Shown here: in pieces, positions 1-9,545 of the stretch
Numbering within the stretch: position 1 is the first letter of the stretch
Layout of the letters: each line of letters starts with the position of its first letter
IMG/VR virus record: IMGVR_UViG_3300046615_000032
Source of the DNA: a virus
DNA: 48,408 bases
Reading direction: 5' to 3' (one strand)
Notes under the pieces: model-generated
Databases searched by the model: none
Told to the model about the DNA's origin: nothing
Seen by the model: the letters and a program-made list of their open reading frames with translations, nothing else
Made by a program: the position numbers and the translations under genes

Positions 1-127
1 TCGAGCGCGAGGCAGAGGCCGAGCTGAGGGAAGCCCTTCAGAACCTCGGACCCAACAACCTCGCGAAGAAGCAGCGCGACATCGACCCCGAGGCACCGGC
101 CAAGGACGTGGACAGGCTCCGCGACGA
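1..127. repeat. Terminal overlap, exact copy of 48282..48408
   Basis: Bases 1-127 are identical to the last 127 bases. The head-gene reading frame is continuous across the join, giving a unique length of 48,281 bp. Confidence 0.95.
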
Positions 128-599
128 GGCCCATGCCCAGGCTGGTGCTCGGCAAGCTGCGGCTGCGGAGCGCATCGCCATGAACGGCGGGCGCTCGACG
201 GTCTGGAACCACGCTCAGCGCGACAAGCGAGCCATCGGCTACGTCCGACTCTCGCGCACCGGAACCCCCTGTGGGTGGTGCGCGATGTTGATCTCTCGCG
301 GTGCTGTCTACAAGTCCAAGCACTCGGCTGAGTCCCGTGCTGGCGTCGCCAACTTCGGCGACGGAGACAAGTACCACGACAACTGCCACTGCTACGCGGA
401 GCCCGTGTTCTCCCCGGAGCAGTACCGCGACTCCCCCCTGTACGCCGTGAACCGGCGTTACGAGGAGTTGTGGCCCCAGGTGACCAAGGGACTCGGCGGC
501 AAGTCCGCGATCTCCGCCTGGCGGCGCTTCATCCGCACGGAACAGCAAGCCGCTGCCCAGGAGGCGCGGCGATCCACAACGAGCGTCCAGGAGGCGTAA
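3..599 (+). CDS. MuF-like minor head / head morphogenesis protein, C-terminal part (continues 47759..48408)
   Basis: In frame with 47759..48408 through the overlap. The C-terminal CGWC...HDNCHC metal-binding motif is typical of SPP1 gp7 / Mu F-like proteins. It follows the portal gene. Confidence 0.85.
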   Translation, partial: EREAEAELREALQNLGPNNLAKKQRDIDPEAPAKDVDRLRDEAHAQAGARQAAAAERIAMNGGRSTVWNHAQRDKRAIGYVRLSRTGTPCGWCAMLISRGAVYKSKHSAESRAGVANFGDGDKYHDNCHCYAEPVFSPEQYRDSPLYAVNRRYEELWPQVTKGLGGKSAISAWRRFIRTEQQAAAQEARRSTTSVQEA

Positions 600-603
600 C
601 CGC

Positions 604-1146
604 ATGAGCACCCCGACCGAGACCCAGACCCCCGGCTCCACCCCGGTGACCGAGGAGAAGCCCGCTGAGGGCACCGCTCCTGAGTCGCCGTCGACCCCGA
701 GCACCGAGGAGAAGCCCGCTGAGGGCGTCACTCCGGAGGCCAAGCCCGAGGACGAGCTGCCCGAGTGGGCACGCAAGGAGCTGACCAAGGTCCGAGGTGA
801 AGCCGCGAACTACCGCACCAAGCTGCGGGAAGCCGAGGCGTCCCTCCAGAACGCGAAGACCCCCGAGGAGTTCGAGGCCGCAAGGTCCGAGCTCTCCACC
901 CGGATCGCCGAGCTGGAGCACCAGGTCGTGGTGACTGCGGTTGCGCGCAAGTACGAGCTCCCCGACGAGCTCATCCCCCTCCTGAAGGGCGACAGCGAGG
1001 AGGCGCTGGAGGCGGTCGCGAAGACCCTCTCCAAGTACGCCGTCACGCCTGCGCCTGAGTCGCTGGGCGGCGGTCTGACGCCGTCCGACGACGACGACGA
1101 CGAGATGGACCCGCGCAAGCTCGCGCGCCGTACACGACGTCGCTGA
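604..1146 (+). CDS. Scaffolding protein
   Basis: 180 aa, acidic and Pro/Glu-rich with a helical centre. It lies between the MuF-like and capsid genes and has a GGAGG SD upstream. Confidence 0.7.
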   Translation: MSTPTETQTPGSTPVTEEKPAEGTAPESPSTPSTEEKPAEGVTPEAKPEDELPEWARKELTKVRGEAANYRTKLREAEASLQNAKTPEEFEAARSELSTRIAELEHQVVVTAVARKYELPDELIPLLKGDSEEALEAVAKTLSKYAVTPAPESLGGGLTPSDDDDDEMDPRKLARRTRRR

Positions 1147-1224
1147 CGCACCCAGAACACCTACCCATCCCCCAGCCCTCGGTCGCACTGACCGGGGGCT
1201 TCGTCACACCTGGAGGACACACCA

Positions 1225-2253
1225 GTGGCTGAACACCAGATCGTCAAGCCCGAGAAGCTCGCCGCGACTGCGGTCGGGATGCTGGAGCAGGAGCTCGTCA
1301 TCCCCAACCTGTTCCAGAAGGAGGGCATCGACCAGTTCAAGGGCGCGGACAACGACACCGTCTCCGTCAAGGTCGAGGGCGTCCTGCCGTTCCACGACTA
1401 CGCCTTCCGCAACGACCGCTCCGCGCCCATCGTCTTCGATGAGTACAAGGAGCGGAAGATCGCTGTCACCTTCGGTGGCAACGTGTACTCCGCCGTCAAG
1501 GTGACCGACGAGCAGAACGACTTCGACCTGGACGACTGGGGCAAGCTGCTCCGTCCGCAGGTCAAGGCCGTTGGCCGTGGTCTCCAGCGTCGTGCGGTCG
1601 GCACCCTGCTCGGCCAGGACTACGCCGTCACCATCGGTGGCGCTGAGGCGAACCTGCGCGGCGCGATCATCGAGGCGCGTCGGGTCCTGAACAAGCTCAA
1701 CGTCCCGGACGACCAGCGGTACCTGCTCGTCGGCTCGGACTTCGAGAGCGCCCTGCTCTCGGACGACAAGCTCAACCTCGCCCAGAACGTGGGCGACAGC
1801 GAGGCCGAGTCCGCGCTCCAGACCGCGACGATCACGAACCGCTTCGGCTTCAAGATCGTGGTCGACCAGACCATCCCGTCCGACGCCGCGTTCGCCTTCG
1901 CTGGCTCCGCGTTCGTCTTCCTGTCGGGTGCCCCGAGCGTCCCGCAGTCGGTGCCCTACGGCGCGACCCAGTCCTTCGAGGGCATCGCCCTCCGGTGGGT
2001 CCGCGACTACGACCCGACCTACATGCAGGACCGCTCCGTCGTGAACACCTACGCGGGCTTCCGCGCGGTGACCGACGTGCTGCTCGGCTGGGACGAGGCC
2101 AACCACAAGGAGATCGTGAGCGCGGGCGAGCACTTCGTCCGTGGCATCAAGCTCACCCTCGGTGGCGCGTCCGAGTACCCGGCTGTCGGCTCGGAGCTCC
2201 AGACCATCACCGGTCTGACCGAGCGTCCGATCGTGGCCGACCCGGCTGCCTGA
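1225..2253 (+). CDS. Major capsid protein
   Basis: 342-aa ORF directly after the scaffold gene, GTG start with a GGAGGA SD, high GC3, followed by a hairpin. Confidence 0.85.
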   Translation: MAEHQIVKPEKLAATAVGMLEQELVIPNLFQKEGIDQFKGADNDTVSVKVEGVLPFHDYAFRNDRSAPIVFDEYKERKIAVTFGGNVYSAVKVTDEQNDFDLDDWGKLLRPQVKAVGRGLQRRAVGTLLGQDYAVTIGGAEANLRGAIIEARRVLNKLNVPDDQRYLLVGSDFESALLSDDKLNLAQNVGDSEAESALQTATITNRFGFKIVVDQTIPSDAAFAFAGSAFVFLSGAPSVPQSVPYGATQSFEGIALRWVRDYDPTYMQDRSVVNTYAGFRAVTDVLLGWDEANHKEIVSAGEHFVRGIKLTLGGASEYPAVGSELQTITGLTERPIVADPAA

Positions 2254-2264
2254 TCCCGCTGACG

Positions 2265-2297
2265 GAGGGGGCTGGCTCACTTCGAGCTGGCCCCCTC
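2265..2297 (+). terminator. Stem-loop after capsid gene
   Basis: GAGGGGGC ... GCCCCCTC outer stem followed by TGTTCGT. Confidence 0.5.
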
Positions 2298-2323
2298 TGT
2301 TCGTCCTCGCGAAGGAGTGACCG

Positions 2324-2785
2324 ATGGCCTACGCCACGATGGAAGACCTGAAGGCTCGCCTCGACTGGGAGCTGGACGAGGACGAGGAGCGGATCGCAGG
2401 CGGGGCGCTGGAAGACGCCTCGGACCTCGCTGCCCACTACGGCAGAGAGTGGCCCGAGACCACAGCCCCTCGCCTGGTTCGGACCCTGGTCCTGAAGGCC
2501 GCGTCGCGGTACATGAAGAACCCGGACGGCTACATCCAGTCCCGTGCAGGCGACGAGACGCTGGGCTGGAACGACAAGGCTGGCGAGAACGCTGGCACTG
2601 TCTACTTCACGGACGAGGAGCAGAAGCTCCTGATCTCCCTGGCTGGCAAGAAGCCCGGCCTGGTGAGCGTTCCGATCTCCGCCTGGAACAGCAAGATCCG
2701 TCACCGCGATGCCGGTGGCCTGGTGCCCGTCGACTACGGGGGCGACCCCTTCCCGCTCTACGGCGATGAGGTGAGTCCCTGGTGA
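2324..2785 (+). CDS. Head-to-tail adaptor (connector) protein
   Basis: 153 aa, first gene after the capsid gene, GAAGGAG SD. The call is by synteny. Confidence 0.6.
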   Translation: MAYATMEDLKARLDWELDEDEERIAGGALEDASDLAAHYGREWPETTAPRLVRTLVLKAASRYMKNPDGYIQSRAGDETLGWNDKAGENAGTVYFTDEEQKLLISLAGKKPGLVSVPISAWNSKIRHRDAGGLVPVDYGGDPFPLYGDEVSPW

Positions 2786-3120
2786 GCTCGATGCAGCGCA
2801 GGCGTGGACAGAAGGCCAAGATCTGGAAGACCAAGCTGGTCGAGGACCGGCGCGGGAACAAGCTCCAGACGGCAACGCAGGACGGACCGCATGAGGTTCG
2901 AGCCGCGTTCATCCCGCAGCGGTCCGGCAAGGCCGAGGTGCCTGGTCAGCAACTGATCAACGTCACCCGGATGATCGTCGCCGCCGACCTCGAAGACGTG
3001 ACCCTCTGGTCCCGAGTCGAGTACATGGGCAAGACGTGGGACATCGTCACACCGCCCGCGTACCACCACGGCCCTCGGAAGACCAGGCACTGGTCGATCG
3101 ACATCCGAGAGAGGACGTGA
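2782..3120 (+). CDS. Head closure / stopper protein
   Basis: 112 aa, GTGA overlap with the upstream gene. The call is by synteny. Confidence 0.55.
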   Translation: MSSMQRRRGQKAKIWKTKLVEDRRGNKLQTATQDGPHEVRAAFIPQRSGKAEVPGQQLINVTRMIVAADLEDVTLWSRVEYMGKTWDIVTPPAYHHGPRKTRHWSIDIRERT

Positions 3121-3121
3121 C

Positions 3122-3508
3122 GTGGCTGAGATCAAGCACAACATCGGGCGAGTCCCGATCGAAGACTTCATCGCTCGGAACGACGGCGTCGTTCATGAGC
3201 TCGACAACCGCACCTTCGAGATCGCAGTCCGAGCCGAGGCCCTGCTCCTGGAGCACCGCCTCGAAGGCGACGCCTCCATCGACGTCGAGCGCGGCAAGTA
3301 CGACCGCTACGTGGTCCTGTCCGACGAGGCGGGCCAGAAGCACGCACTGTCCATCGAGTACGGACGCGCGGCTGGCGAGAAGGAAGTCCGTGACCCGAAG
3401 ACCGGCGAGACGAACACCGTCTCCTGGGGCGCGATGGACGGGCTCTACATCCTCGCCACTGCGAGCAACCTCCCGAAGAAGCGGAAGGGCAAGGTGCATC
3501 TCGACTGA
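3122..3508 (+). CDS. Neck / tail-completion-like structural protein
   Basis: 128 aa, tightly packed within the head-tail joining module. Confidence 0.55.
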   Translation: MAEIKHNIGRVPIEDFIARNDGVVHELDNRTFEIAVRAEALLLEHRLEGDASIDVERGKYDRYVVLSDEAGQKHALSIEYGRAAGEKEVRDPKTGETNTVSWGAMDGLYILATASNLPKKRKGKVHLD

Positions 3509-4011
3509 TGGCTGGACTCCCGGACCACATCAAGGGTCTGGCGGAGATGAGCCCGGTCGAAGACCTGCTCCTGTCCGTGCTTCGCGAGGGGCTGCCTGGC
3601 ATCCAGGTCAAGTCCCTGATCGAGGCGCACCAGACCTTCCCCCTCGTACTCGCTCGTCGCACCGCAACCTTCGGGGAGTGGGGCGGCGACACTCGCTTCA
3701 CCGACGCGGCGCAGGTGGTCGTTCACACCTTCTGCGAAGACCCTGACGGTGACGAGGACGCGGCCATCCTCTCCGAGGCTGTACGTGTCGTCCTTCGCGA
3801 CGCCTGGCTCAGCCAGAAGGTCGTCCCCGGACGTGGCCACTTCACGAAGGTGGAGCTCACGTCCGCACCACGGCGAGTCACCGACTGGGCAACAGCCGCA
3901 GGGCCTGTCCAGTACGCCGACCTGCCTACGGGCGTGTGGCGCTACGAGTCGATCTACCAGATCAGCATCCGCAAGCCACGCTCCCGGCCCTACCCATCCC
4001 TGACCCCCTGA
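3508..4011 (+). CDS. Tail terminator-like protein
   Basis: 167 aa, ATGA overlap with the upstream gene, immediately upstream of the major tail gene. Confidence 0.55.
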   Translation: MAGLPDHIKGLAEMSPVEDLLLSVLREGLPGIQVKSLIEAHQTFPLVLARRTATFGEWGGDTRFTDAAQVVVHTFCEDPDGDEDAAILSEAVRVVLRDAWLSQKVVPGRGHFTKVELTSAPRRVTDWATAAGPVQYADLPTGVWRYESIYQISIRKPRSRPYPSLTP

Positions 4012-4027
4012 GCAAGGAGTACACACA

Positions 4028-4585
4028 GTGCCTCTGAACGACGACGCCACTCTCGTCATCGGTAGTGGTAACTACCTGACCGCGCCGGTCGGTACCGACA
4101 TCCCCGCCGACCTCCTGTCCCCGAACAGCCCGTGGATCAACACCGGCCACACCTCGCTGGAGGACATCTTCAGCATCTCGTCCGAGGGCGGCGAGGCCAC
4201 CGTCATCGGCACGCTCCAGAACAAGAGCCTGCGGACGAAGTACTCGGCCCGTACCGAGACGATGACCTTCACGCTCCAGCAGTTCGATGAGGCTGGGCTG
4301 AAGCTGTACTACGGCTCGAACGCCCCGATCCTCCCGGACGGCAGCGTCGGTGTCCCGACCGACCCGACCCCCACGGTGGCCGCGTTCCTCGCGATCTTCG
4401 TGGACGGCGACAACGTCTTCGCGTTCTACGCGCCGAAGGCGGAGATCTACCGTGCCGACGACCTGTCCCTCGCGGACACCGAGTCGCTGGCCGGTCTGCC
4501 GCTCGGCGTCAAGCCGATGGCCTACGGCAACAACGCCTGGACCTACGCGGTCACCCCGCTCGGCGCTGTGCCGGACGCTGGCTGA
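4028..4585 (+). CDS. Major tail protein
   Basis: 185 aa, AAGGAG SD. It precedes the chaperone pair and tape measure and is followed by a very strong hairpin. Confidence 0.75.
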   Translation: MPLNDDATLVIGSGNYLTAPVGTDIPADLLSPNSPWINTGHTSLEDIFSISSEGGEATVIGTLQNKSLRTKYSARTETMTFTLQQFDEAGLKLYYGSNAPILPDGSVGVPTDPTPTVAAFLAIFVDGDNVFAFYAPKAEIYRADDLSLADTESLAGLPLGVKPMAYGNNAWTYAVTPLGAVPDAG

Positions 4586-4605
4586 TCTCAGCCGATCAAG
4601 TAACT

Positions 4606-4647
4606 CCCCGGTGTGCAAGTGAGTGCGGACCCGCTTGCACACCGGGG
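4606..4647 (+). terminator. 14-bp perfect stem-loop (attenuator/terminator) after major tail gene
   Basis: CCCCGGTGTGCAAG (4606-4619) pairs with CTTGCACACCGGGG (4634-4647). There is no T-tract. Confidence 0.6.
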
Positions 4648-4717
4648 GCTCACCCGAGCCCCCACTTCGTAGGTCCGCAACCCATCCCGTTCCACTCAAC
4701 TTGGAGGTCCGCACCCC

Positions 4718-5041
4718 ATGGCCAGCTTCTCTCTCGATGACATCCGTTCCGCCGCTGAGGCGAAGTACGGTTCCACCGACATCAACTTCGGCGACGACGT
4801 CTGCCGACTGCTCAACCCCCTGCGCCTCTCGAAGGAGAAGCGTGCGGAGCTCATGAACATCCAGAGCAAGCTGGACGGCGAGGACGTCGACCAGGAGCAG
4901 GTGCTCCAGGACGCGATCCGCCTGGTGGCCGAGTCCCCGAAGGCGGCTGAGAAGCTGCTCGGCGCGATCGGTGACGACCTCGCAGTCCTGGCCCAGATCT
5001 TCGAGACCTACGGCGAGGGGACTCAGGCGGGGGAAGCCTGA
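4718..5041 (+). CDS. Tail assembly chaperone (G-like)
   Basis: 107 aa, acidic, immediately upstream of the tape measure gene. Confidence 0.8.
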   Translation: MASFSLDDIRSAAEAKYGSTDINFGDDVCRLLNPLRLSKEKRAELMNIQSKLDGEDVDQEQVLQDAIRLVAESPKAAEKLLGAIGDDLAVLAQIFETYGEGTQAGEA

Positions 5042-5427
5042 GCCTCGCCAAGCTCGTAGACGACTACGGCGAAGGCATCTACCCCGACCTGCTGCACTAC
5101 TACGGAGTTGATCTCCGAGAGGTGATCGCAGGTCGGGGTCCTTCGCCGTCTCTCGTCCTCTTGCTGGTGCAGAGGCTCCCTGACACGTCGCTCACCATCG
5201 CCCTCGCGTCGGGCGGACGTGAGCACTTCGGCTGGGGCATGGACAGACACATGACCGCCGATCTCTACGACGCGCTGAACCAGAACACGCGGGCGACTGG
5301 TCAGTGGGGGAAGAAGGGTGCGCCCAAGATCCCCGAGTACCCGCGACCCAAGGCCAAGAAGAAGGACGAGAGCAAGAAGAAGTTCAAGTCCGTGGCCGAC
5401 ATCTACAAGGCGTTCTCCAGGAGGTAG
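4718..5427 (+). CDS. Tail assembly chaperone, -1 frameshift fusion product (G-T-like)
   Basis: The -1 frame is open from the G-run at 5029-5033 to 5427. It encodes ...DLLHYYGVDLREVIAGRGPSPSLVLLLVQRLPDTS..., which resembles the conserved T-part of actinophage chaperones. Confidence 0.7.
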
Positions 5428-5430
5428 CAA

Positions 5431-8400
5431 GTGGCAGGTTCACCAGGCGGGCAGGTGATCGGGCGCGTCTCGGTCAAGGTCTTGCCGGACACCTCGAACT
5501 TCCGCCGAGAAGCCGAGAAGGCGCTCAACAAGATCGAGAAGACGCTGAAGCTCAGCGTGGCCACCAAGGTGGACATGAGCGGCGCGTCGCGAGAGTTCCT
5601 GACCGAGCTGCGCAAGATCAACCAGCGCAACCGGAACATGGACTCCCGCAAGATCAGGTTCCACACGACGATCTCGACAGACGGCATGACCGAGGCGATC
5701 ACCGTCGCCCGTCGCCGCCTCCAGCAGAAGGCCGACCAGAACAAGATCAAGTTCAAGGTCGACGGCGCTGAGGTGGCTGGCCAGGTCAAGCTGGAGCTCG
5801 ACCAGGCGGCTGCCGACAAGGTGGCTCGCGACCTGAAGGACTGGGCCAAGAACCACAGCCCGATCAAGATCAAGGTCGAGCCCGACTGGAGCTCCACTGG
5901 AGCTGCCGTCACGTCTGCCCGCATGGCCGTACTCACCCGGCCTCGCACCGTGTCGATCATCCCGAACCTGAACAACGCAGCCGTCGCGAAGGTGGGTGCA
6001 GCTCTGGCTGCCCTGTCCGGTGCGCGCGTGCTCAACTCGATGTTCGAGAAGCTGGGCAACACTCTGCGCAACCTCGACAAGTCCGTCCCGATCATCGGCT
6101 CCCTGGCTACCGCCATCGCCGGTCTCGGTGCACTGGGCCTGACATCTGCGAGCAACCTGTTCGCCTTGTCGTCGTCGCTTGCGCAGATCGGTCCAGCAGC
6201 CCTCTTGCTTCCCGGCCTGTTCGGCGGTCTCGCAGTAGGACTCGGCGCTTCGTTCGCCGCGTTCAAGGACTTCAACAAGATCCTGCCCGAGGTCAAGACC
6301 CAGCTCTCGGCGTTGCAGGACACCATCTCCTCGAACTTCTGGGAGAAGGCCAAGGCTCCGATCAAGGACCTGGTCGACGGGCTTCTGCCCGAGCTCACGG
6401 CTGGCTTCGCCAAGACCTCGACTCAGCTCGGTGGTTTCTTCGGCTCGCTGGCTACGCACCTGAAGGGCGCGCTCGACCCGGCGCTCGGCCAGATGTTCAC
6501 CGACCTCTCCGCGTCCATCTCGGAGACGACCAAGCACACGGGCGCGATGGCCAACATCATCGCCGTCCTGGGCAAGGTGGGTACCTCGTACCTGCCCGAG
6601 CTCGCGAAGTGGTTCGGCGATCTGACCGAGCGGTTCTCCAAGTTCCTCTCGAAGAACGAGGAGAGCGGCCAGCTCACCGACTGGATCGACACCGCCATCC
6701 AGAACATCAAGGAGCTCGGCGGGGTCATCTCGAACCTGTTCGGGATCTTCGCCGGTCTGGGTCGCGCTGCTCAGGAGGCTGGCGGCTCCACGCTCGCCAT
6801 GCTGAACGACACGCTGGAGCGCATCCACAAGACGGTGGACAGCCCCGGCTTCCAGAACGGACTGGTCGGCGTCTTCAAGGCGGCTCACACCGCGATGCAG
6901 ACCCTGGCCGACACCGCTGGTCCGGCTGTCGAGAACCTGTTCATCAAGCTGTCCAGCCTGCTCACCACGATCCTGCCGCAGGTCGGCACGATCCTCGGTA
7001 CGGCGATGAAGGCCATCGCCAACGCGCTCGCACAGCCCGCTGTGTCCGAGGGCATCAAGGCCATGTTCGACGGCATCCTGAAGGCGGTCACGGCTCTCGC
7101 TCCCGCGATGGGTCCGGTCGGCAAGGCCCTCGGTGCGCTGATGCAGGTTGTCGGCGCGATGCTCACGGCCTTCGGTCCGCTGATCGCTGCGGTGCTGACG
7201 CCTCTGGCCAACGCCTTCGCCCAGCTCGCTCCGAAGATCATCCCGATCATCCAGCTCCTGTCCGGCGCTCTGCTCCAGGCAGTGAAGATGATCGCTCCGA
7301 TCCTCATGCAGATGGTGCCGGTCATCGGCCAGGCTCTGGCTGGTGCCTTCAAGGCGCTCCAGGGTGTGCTGCCTGGGATCATGACCTCCTTCGGTCAGAT
7401 CCTCGCTGCGGTGATGCCGCTCGTCGGCGCACTGATCGGTGCACTCGCTCCGATCCTTCCGGTCATCGCTTCCCTGTTCGGGACGATCATGGCTGCCCTG
7501 GCCCCCCTGGTGCAGGTCATCGCTTCGGCGCTGGCTCCGCTCCTGCCGGTCCTCGGTGCTGCGATCGGCACGATCCTCACGGCGCTCCAGCCGGTCGTGG
7601 CTCTGGTCCTGAACATCATCTCGGCAGTCCTCACGCCGCTGATCCAGGTGCTGACCCCGATCATCCAGGGTCTGCTGCCTCCGCTGGCCGACGCGATCTC
7701 GCGTCTGTTCGCTGCGCTTCAGCCGATCCTCCAGGTGCTCCTGGTCATCGTGAACGTCCTGATGACGGTGCTCGCACCGGCCATCGGCTTCATCGTGGGC
7801 ATCCTCGGTGGCGCGCTGATCGGCGTGATCAACGGTGTCTCCCTGGTCCTCGAAGGACTGAAGGAGTTCTTCGTCGGAGTCTTCGACTACATCGTCGGCT
7901 TCTTCAAGATCTGGTTCGGCATCTTCAAGGGCATCTTCACCGGCAACTGGTCGACGTTCTTCGACGGCTGGAAGCAGCTCTGGAACGGCATCAAGGGGAT
8001 GCTGAAGGGCGTCTGGGATGCCATCCTCGGCGCGCTCGAAGTCTGGCTGAACTGGGGCATCCTCGGTGCAGCGAAGAAGGCGTTCACCGCGCTGAAGGGT
8101 CTGTTCACCGCTGTCTGGGCTGGCATCAAGACCGCCTGCTCGGTCGCGTGGATCGGCATCAAGGCTGCCTTCTCGGGGTTCATGTCTGCGATGCGGACGA
8201 CGCCCATGAAGGCGCTCGACTCGATCAAGGCCCTGTTCTCGAACACCTGGGCTTCGATCAAGGGCGCGGCCTCGTTCGCATGGTCGTACATCAAGTCCGC
8301 GTTCACGACCGGCGTGACCAACTGCGTCAACGTCGTGAAGGGTCTGCCCGGCAAGGCGAAGGCGGCGCTCGGTGCCATCGGCTCCGCGCTCTACAACGCC

Positions 8401-9543
8401 GGTGTCGAGATGATCAAGGGCTTCATCAACGGCATCAGCTCGATGATCGGTTCGGTCAAGTCGAAGCTCAAGGGCCTGACCGACATGATCCCGGACTGGA
8501 AGGGTCCGCTCCCCAAGGACAAGGTTCTGCTGTACGGGGCGGGCAAGGCGATCATCGCCGGTCTGATCAAGGGCCTGGAGTCCCAGTTCGCCAACGTCAA
8601 GAAGGTGCTGGGCTCACTGACCAGCCAGATCGGCAAGGCCAAGCTCAGCAAGGGTCTGACCGCTCACCTGAAGTCGCAGAAGTCGCAGCTCGACACGCTC
8701 CTGAAGTCCTGGGAGAAGATCGACGCCAAGATCGACGCGGCCAAGAAGAAGCTCGCGGACCTGAAGACGGCCAAGGCCGACTACGCCGCAGGCGTGGCCC
8801 AGAAGATCGTTGACGCTGCCGACATCACGAACATGGAAGGCGGCTTCGCTGGGATCATCACGTCGCTGAAGATGCAGGTCGAACAGGCCAAGCACTTCGC
8901 CGACGTCCTGGCCAAGCTGAAGAAGCTGGGCCTGAACAGCGAGATGTTCGACCAGCTCGCGCAGGCTGGACCCGAGGCTGGCATGGCTGCGGCTGAGGCT
9001 CTGGCCAACGCTGGCAAGGCTGGCGTGGACGAGGTCAACAACCTGGAGAAGCAGCTCGCCTCTGCCGCTGGCAAGGTCGGAGCTACCGCCTCCCAGGTGA
9101 TGTACGACAACGGCATCCACATGGCCGAGGGTCTGCTGAAGGGTCTGGAGAAGAACGCAGACAAGATCGAGAACCAGATGCTGAAGATCGCCGAGTCGAT
9201 GACGAAGGCGATCAAGAAGGCACTGGGCATCCACTCCCCCTCGCGGGTGATGAAGGCGATCGGCGTCTGGGTCGGCAAGGGCCTGAGCAACGGTCTCGAC
9301 AAGGGGCGCTCCGGTGTCCTCTCCACGATGAAGGCCATGGCGCTCGACGTCTCTGGCTACGACATCCAGCCGCCTGCGGTGGCTCAGCTCGACGTCTCGT
9401 CTGCGGTCGCTTCGGCGGTCGACGGCAACGCGGCGGGCGGTGTCACGAAGGTACTCAACTACTACGCGGCTCCGGGCTCGTCTCTCTCCTCCGAGGAAGA
9501 CCTGTTCGCCGCGTCGAACCGAGCAAGGATGGTGGGCTGGTAA
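5431..9543 (+). CDS. Tape measure protein
   Basis: 1370 aa with a long Ala/Leu/Gly-rich hydrophobic core and a coiled-coil C-terminal third. Position fits. Confidence 0.95.
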   Translation: MAGSPGGQVIGRVSVKVLPDTSNFRREAEKALNKIEKTLKLSVATKVDMSGASREFLTELRKINQRNRNMDSRKIRFHTTISTDGMTEAITVARRRLQQKADQNKIKFKVDGAEVAGQVKLELDQAAADKVARDLKDWAKNHSPIKIKVEPDWSSTGAAVTSARMAVLTRPRTVSIIPNLNNAAVAKVGAALAALSGARVLNSMFEKLGNTLRNLDKSVPIIGSLATAIAGLGALGLTSASNLFALSSSLAQIGPAALLLPGLFGGLAVGLGASFAAFKDFNKILPEVKTQLSALQDTISSNFWEKAKAPIKDLVDGLLPELTAGFAKTSTQLGGFFGSLATHLKGALDPALGQMFTDLSASISETTKHTGAMANIIAVLGKVGTSYLPELAKWFGDLTERFSKFLSKNEESGQLTDWIDTAIQNIKELGGVISNLFGIFAGLGRAAQEAGGSTLAMLNDTLERIHKTVDSPGFQNGLVGVFKAAHTAMQTLADTAGPAVENLFIKLSSLLTTILPQVGTILGTAMKAIANALAQPAVSEGIKAMFDGILKAVTALAPAMGPVGKALGALMQVVGAMLTAFGPLIAAVLTPLANAFAQLAPKIIPIIQLLSGALLQAVKMIAPILMQMVPVIGQALAGAFKALQGVLPGIMTSFGQILAAVMPLVGALIGALAPILPVIASLFGTIMAALAPLVQVIASALAPLLPVLGAAIGTILTALQPVVALVLNIISAVLTPLIQVLTPIIQGLLPPLADAISRLFAALQPILQVLLVIVNVLMTVLAPAIGFIVGILGGALIGVINGVSLVLEGLKEFFVGVFDYIVGFFKIWFGIFKGIFTGNWSTFFDGWKQLWNGIKGMLKGVWDAILGALEVWLNWGILGAAKKAFTALKGLFTAVWAGIKTACSVAWIGIKAAFSGFMSAMRTTPMKALDSIKALFSNTWASIKGAASFAWSYIKSAFTTGVTNCVNVVKGLPGKAKAALGAIGSALYNAGVEMIKGFINGISSMIGSVKSKLKGLTDMIPDWKGPLPKDKVLLYGAGKAIIAGLIKGLESQFANVKKVLGSLTSQIGKAKLSKGLTAHLKSQKSQLDTLLKSWEKIDAKIDAAKKKLADLKTAKADYAAGVAQKIVDAADITNMEGGFAGIITSLKMQVEQAKHFADVLAKLKKLGLNSEMFDQLAQAGPEAGMAAAEALANAGKAGVDEVNNLEKQLASAAGKVGATASQVMYDNGIHMAEGLLKGLEKNADKIENQMLKIAESMTKAIKKALGIHSPSRVMKAIGVWVGKGLSNGLDKGRSGVLSTMKAMALDVSGYDIQPPAVAQLDVSSAVASAVDGNAAGGVTKVLNYYAAPGSSLSSEEDLFAASNRARMVGW

Positions 9544-9545
9544 CG

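Noticed and set aside
1-127. The terminal 127-bp repeat, considered as a physical direct terminal repeat or an LTR-like element.
   Set aside because: The repeat lies inside a structural gene and keeps its frame. Its length equals a common assembler maximum k-mer. A cos-like region and an HNH-terminase module lie elsewhere in the genome.
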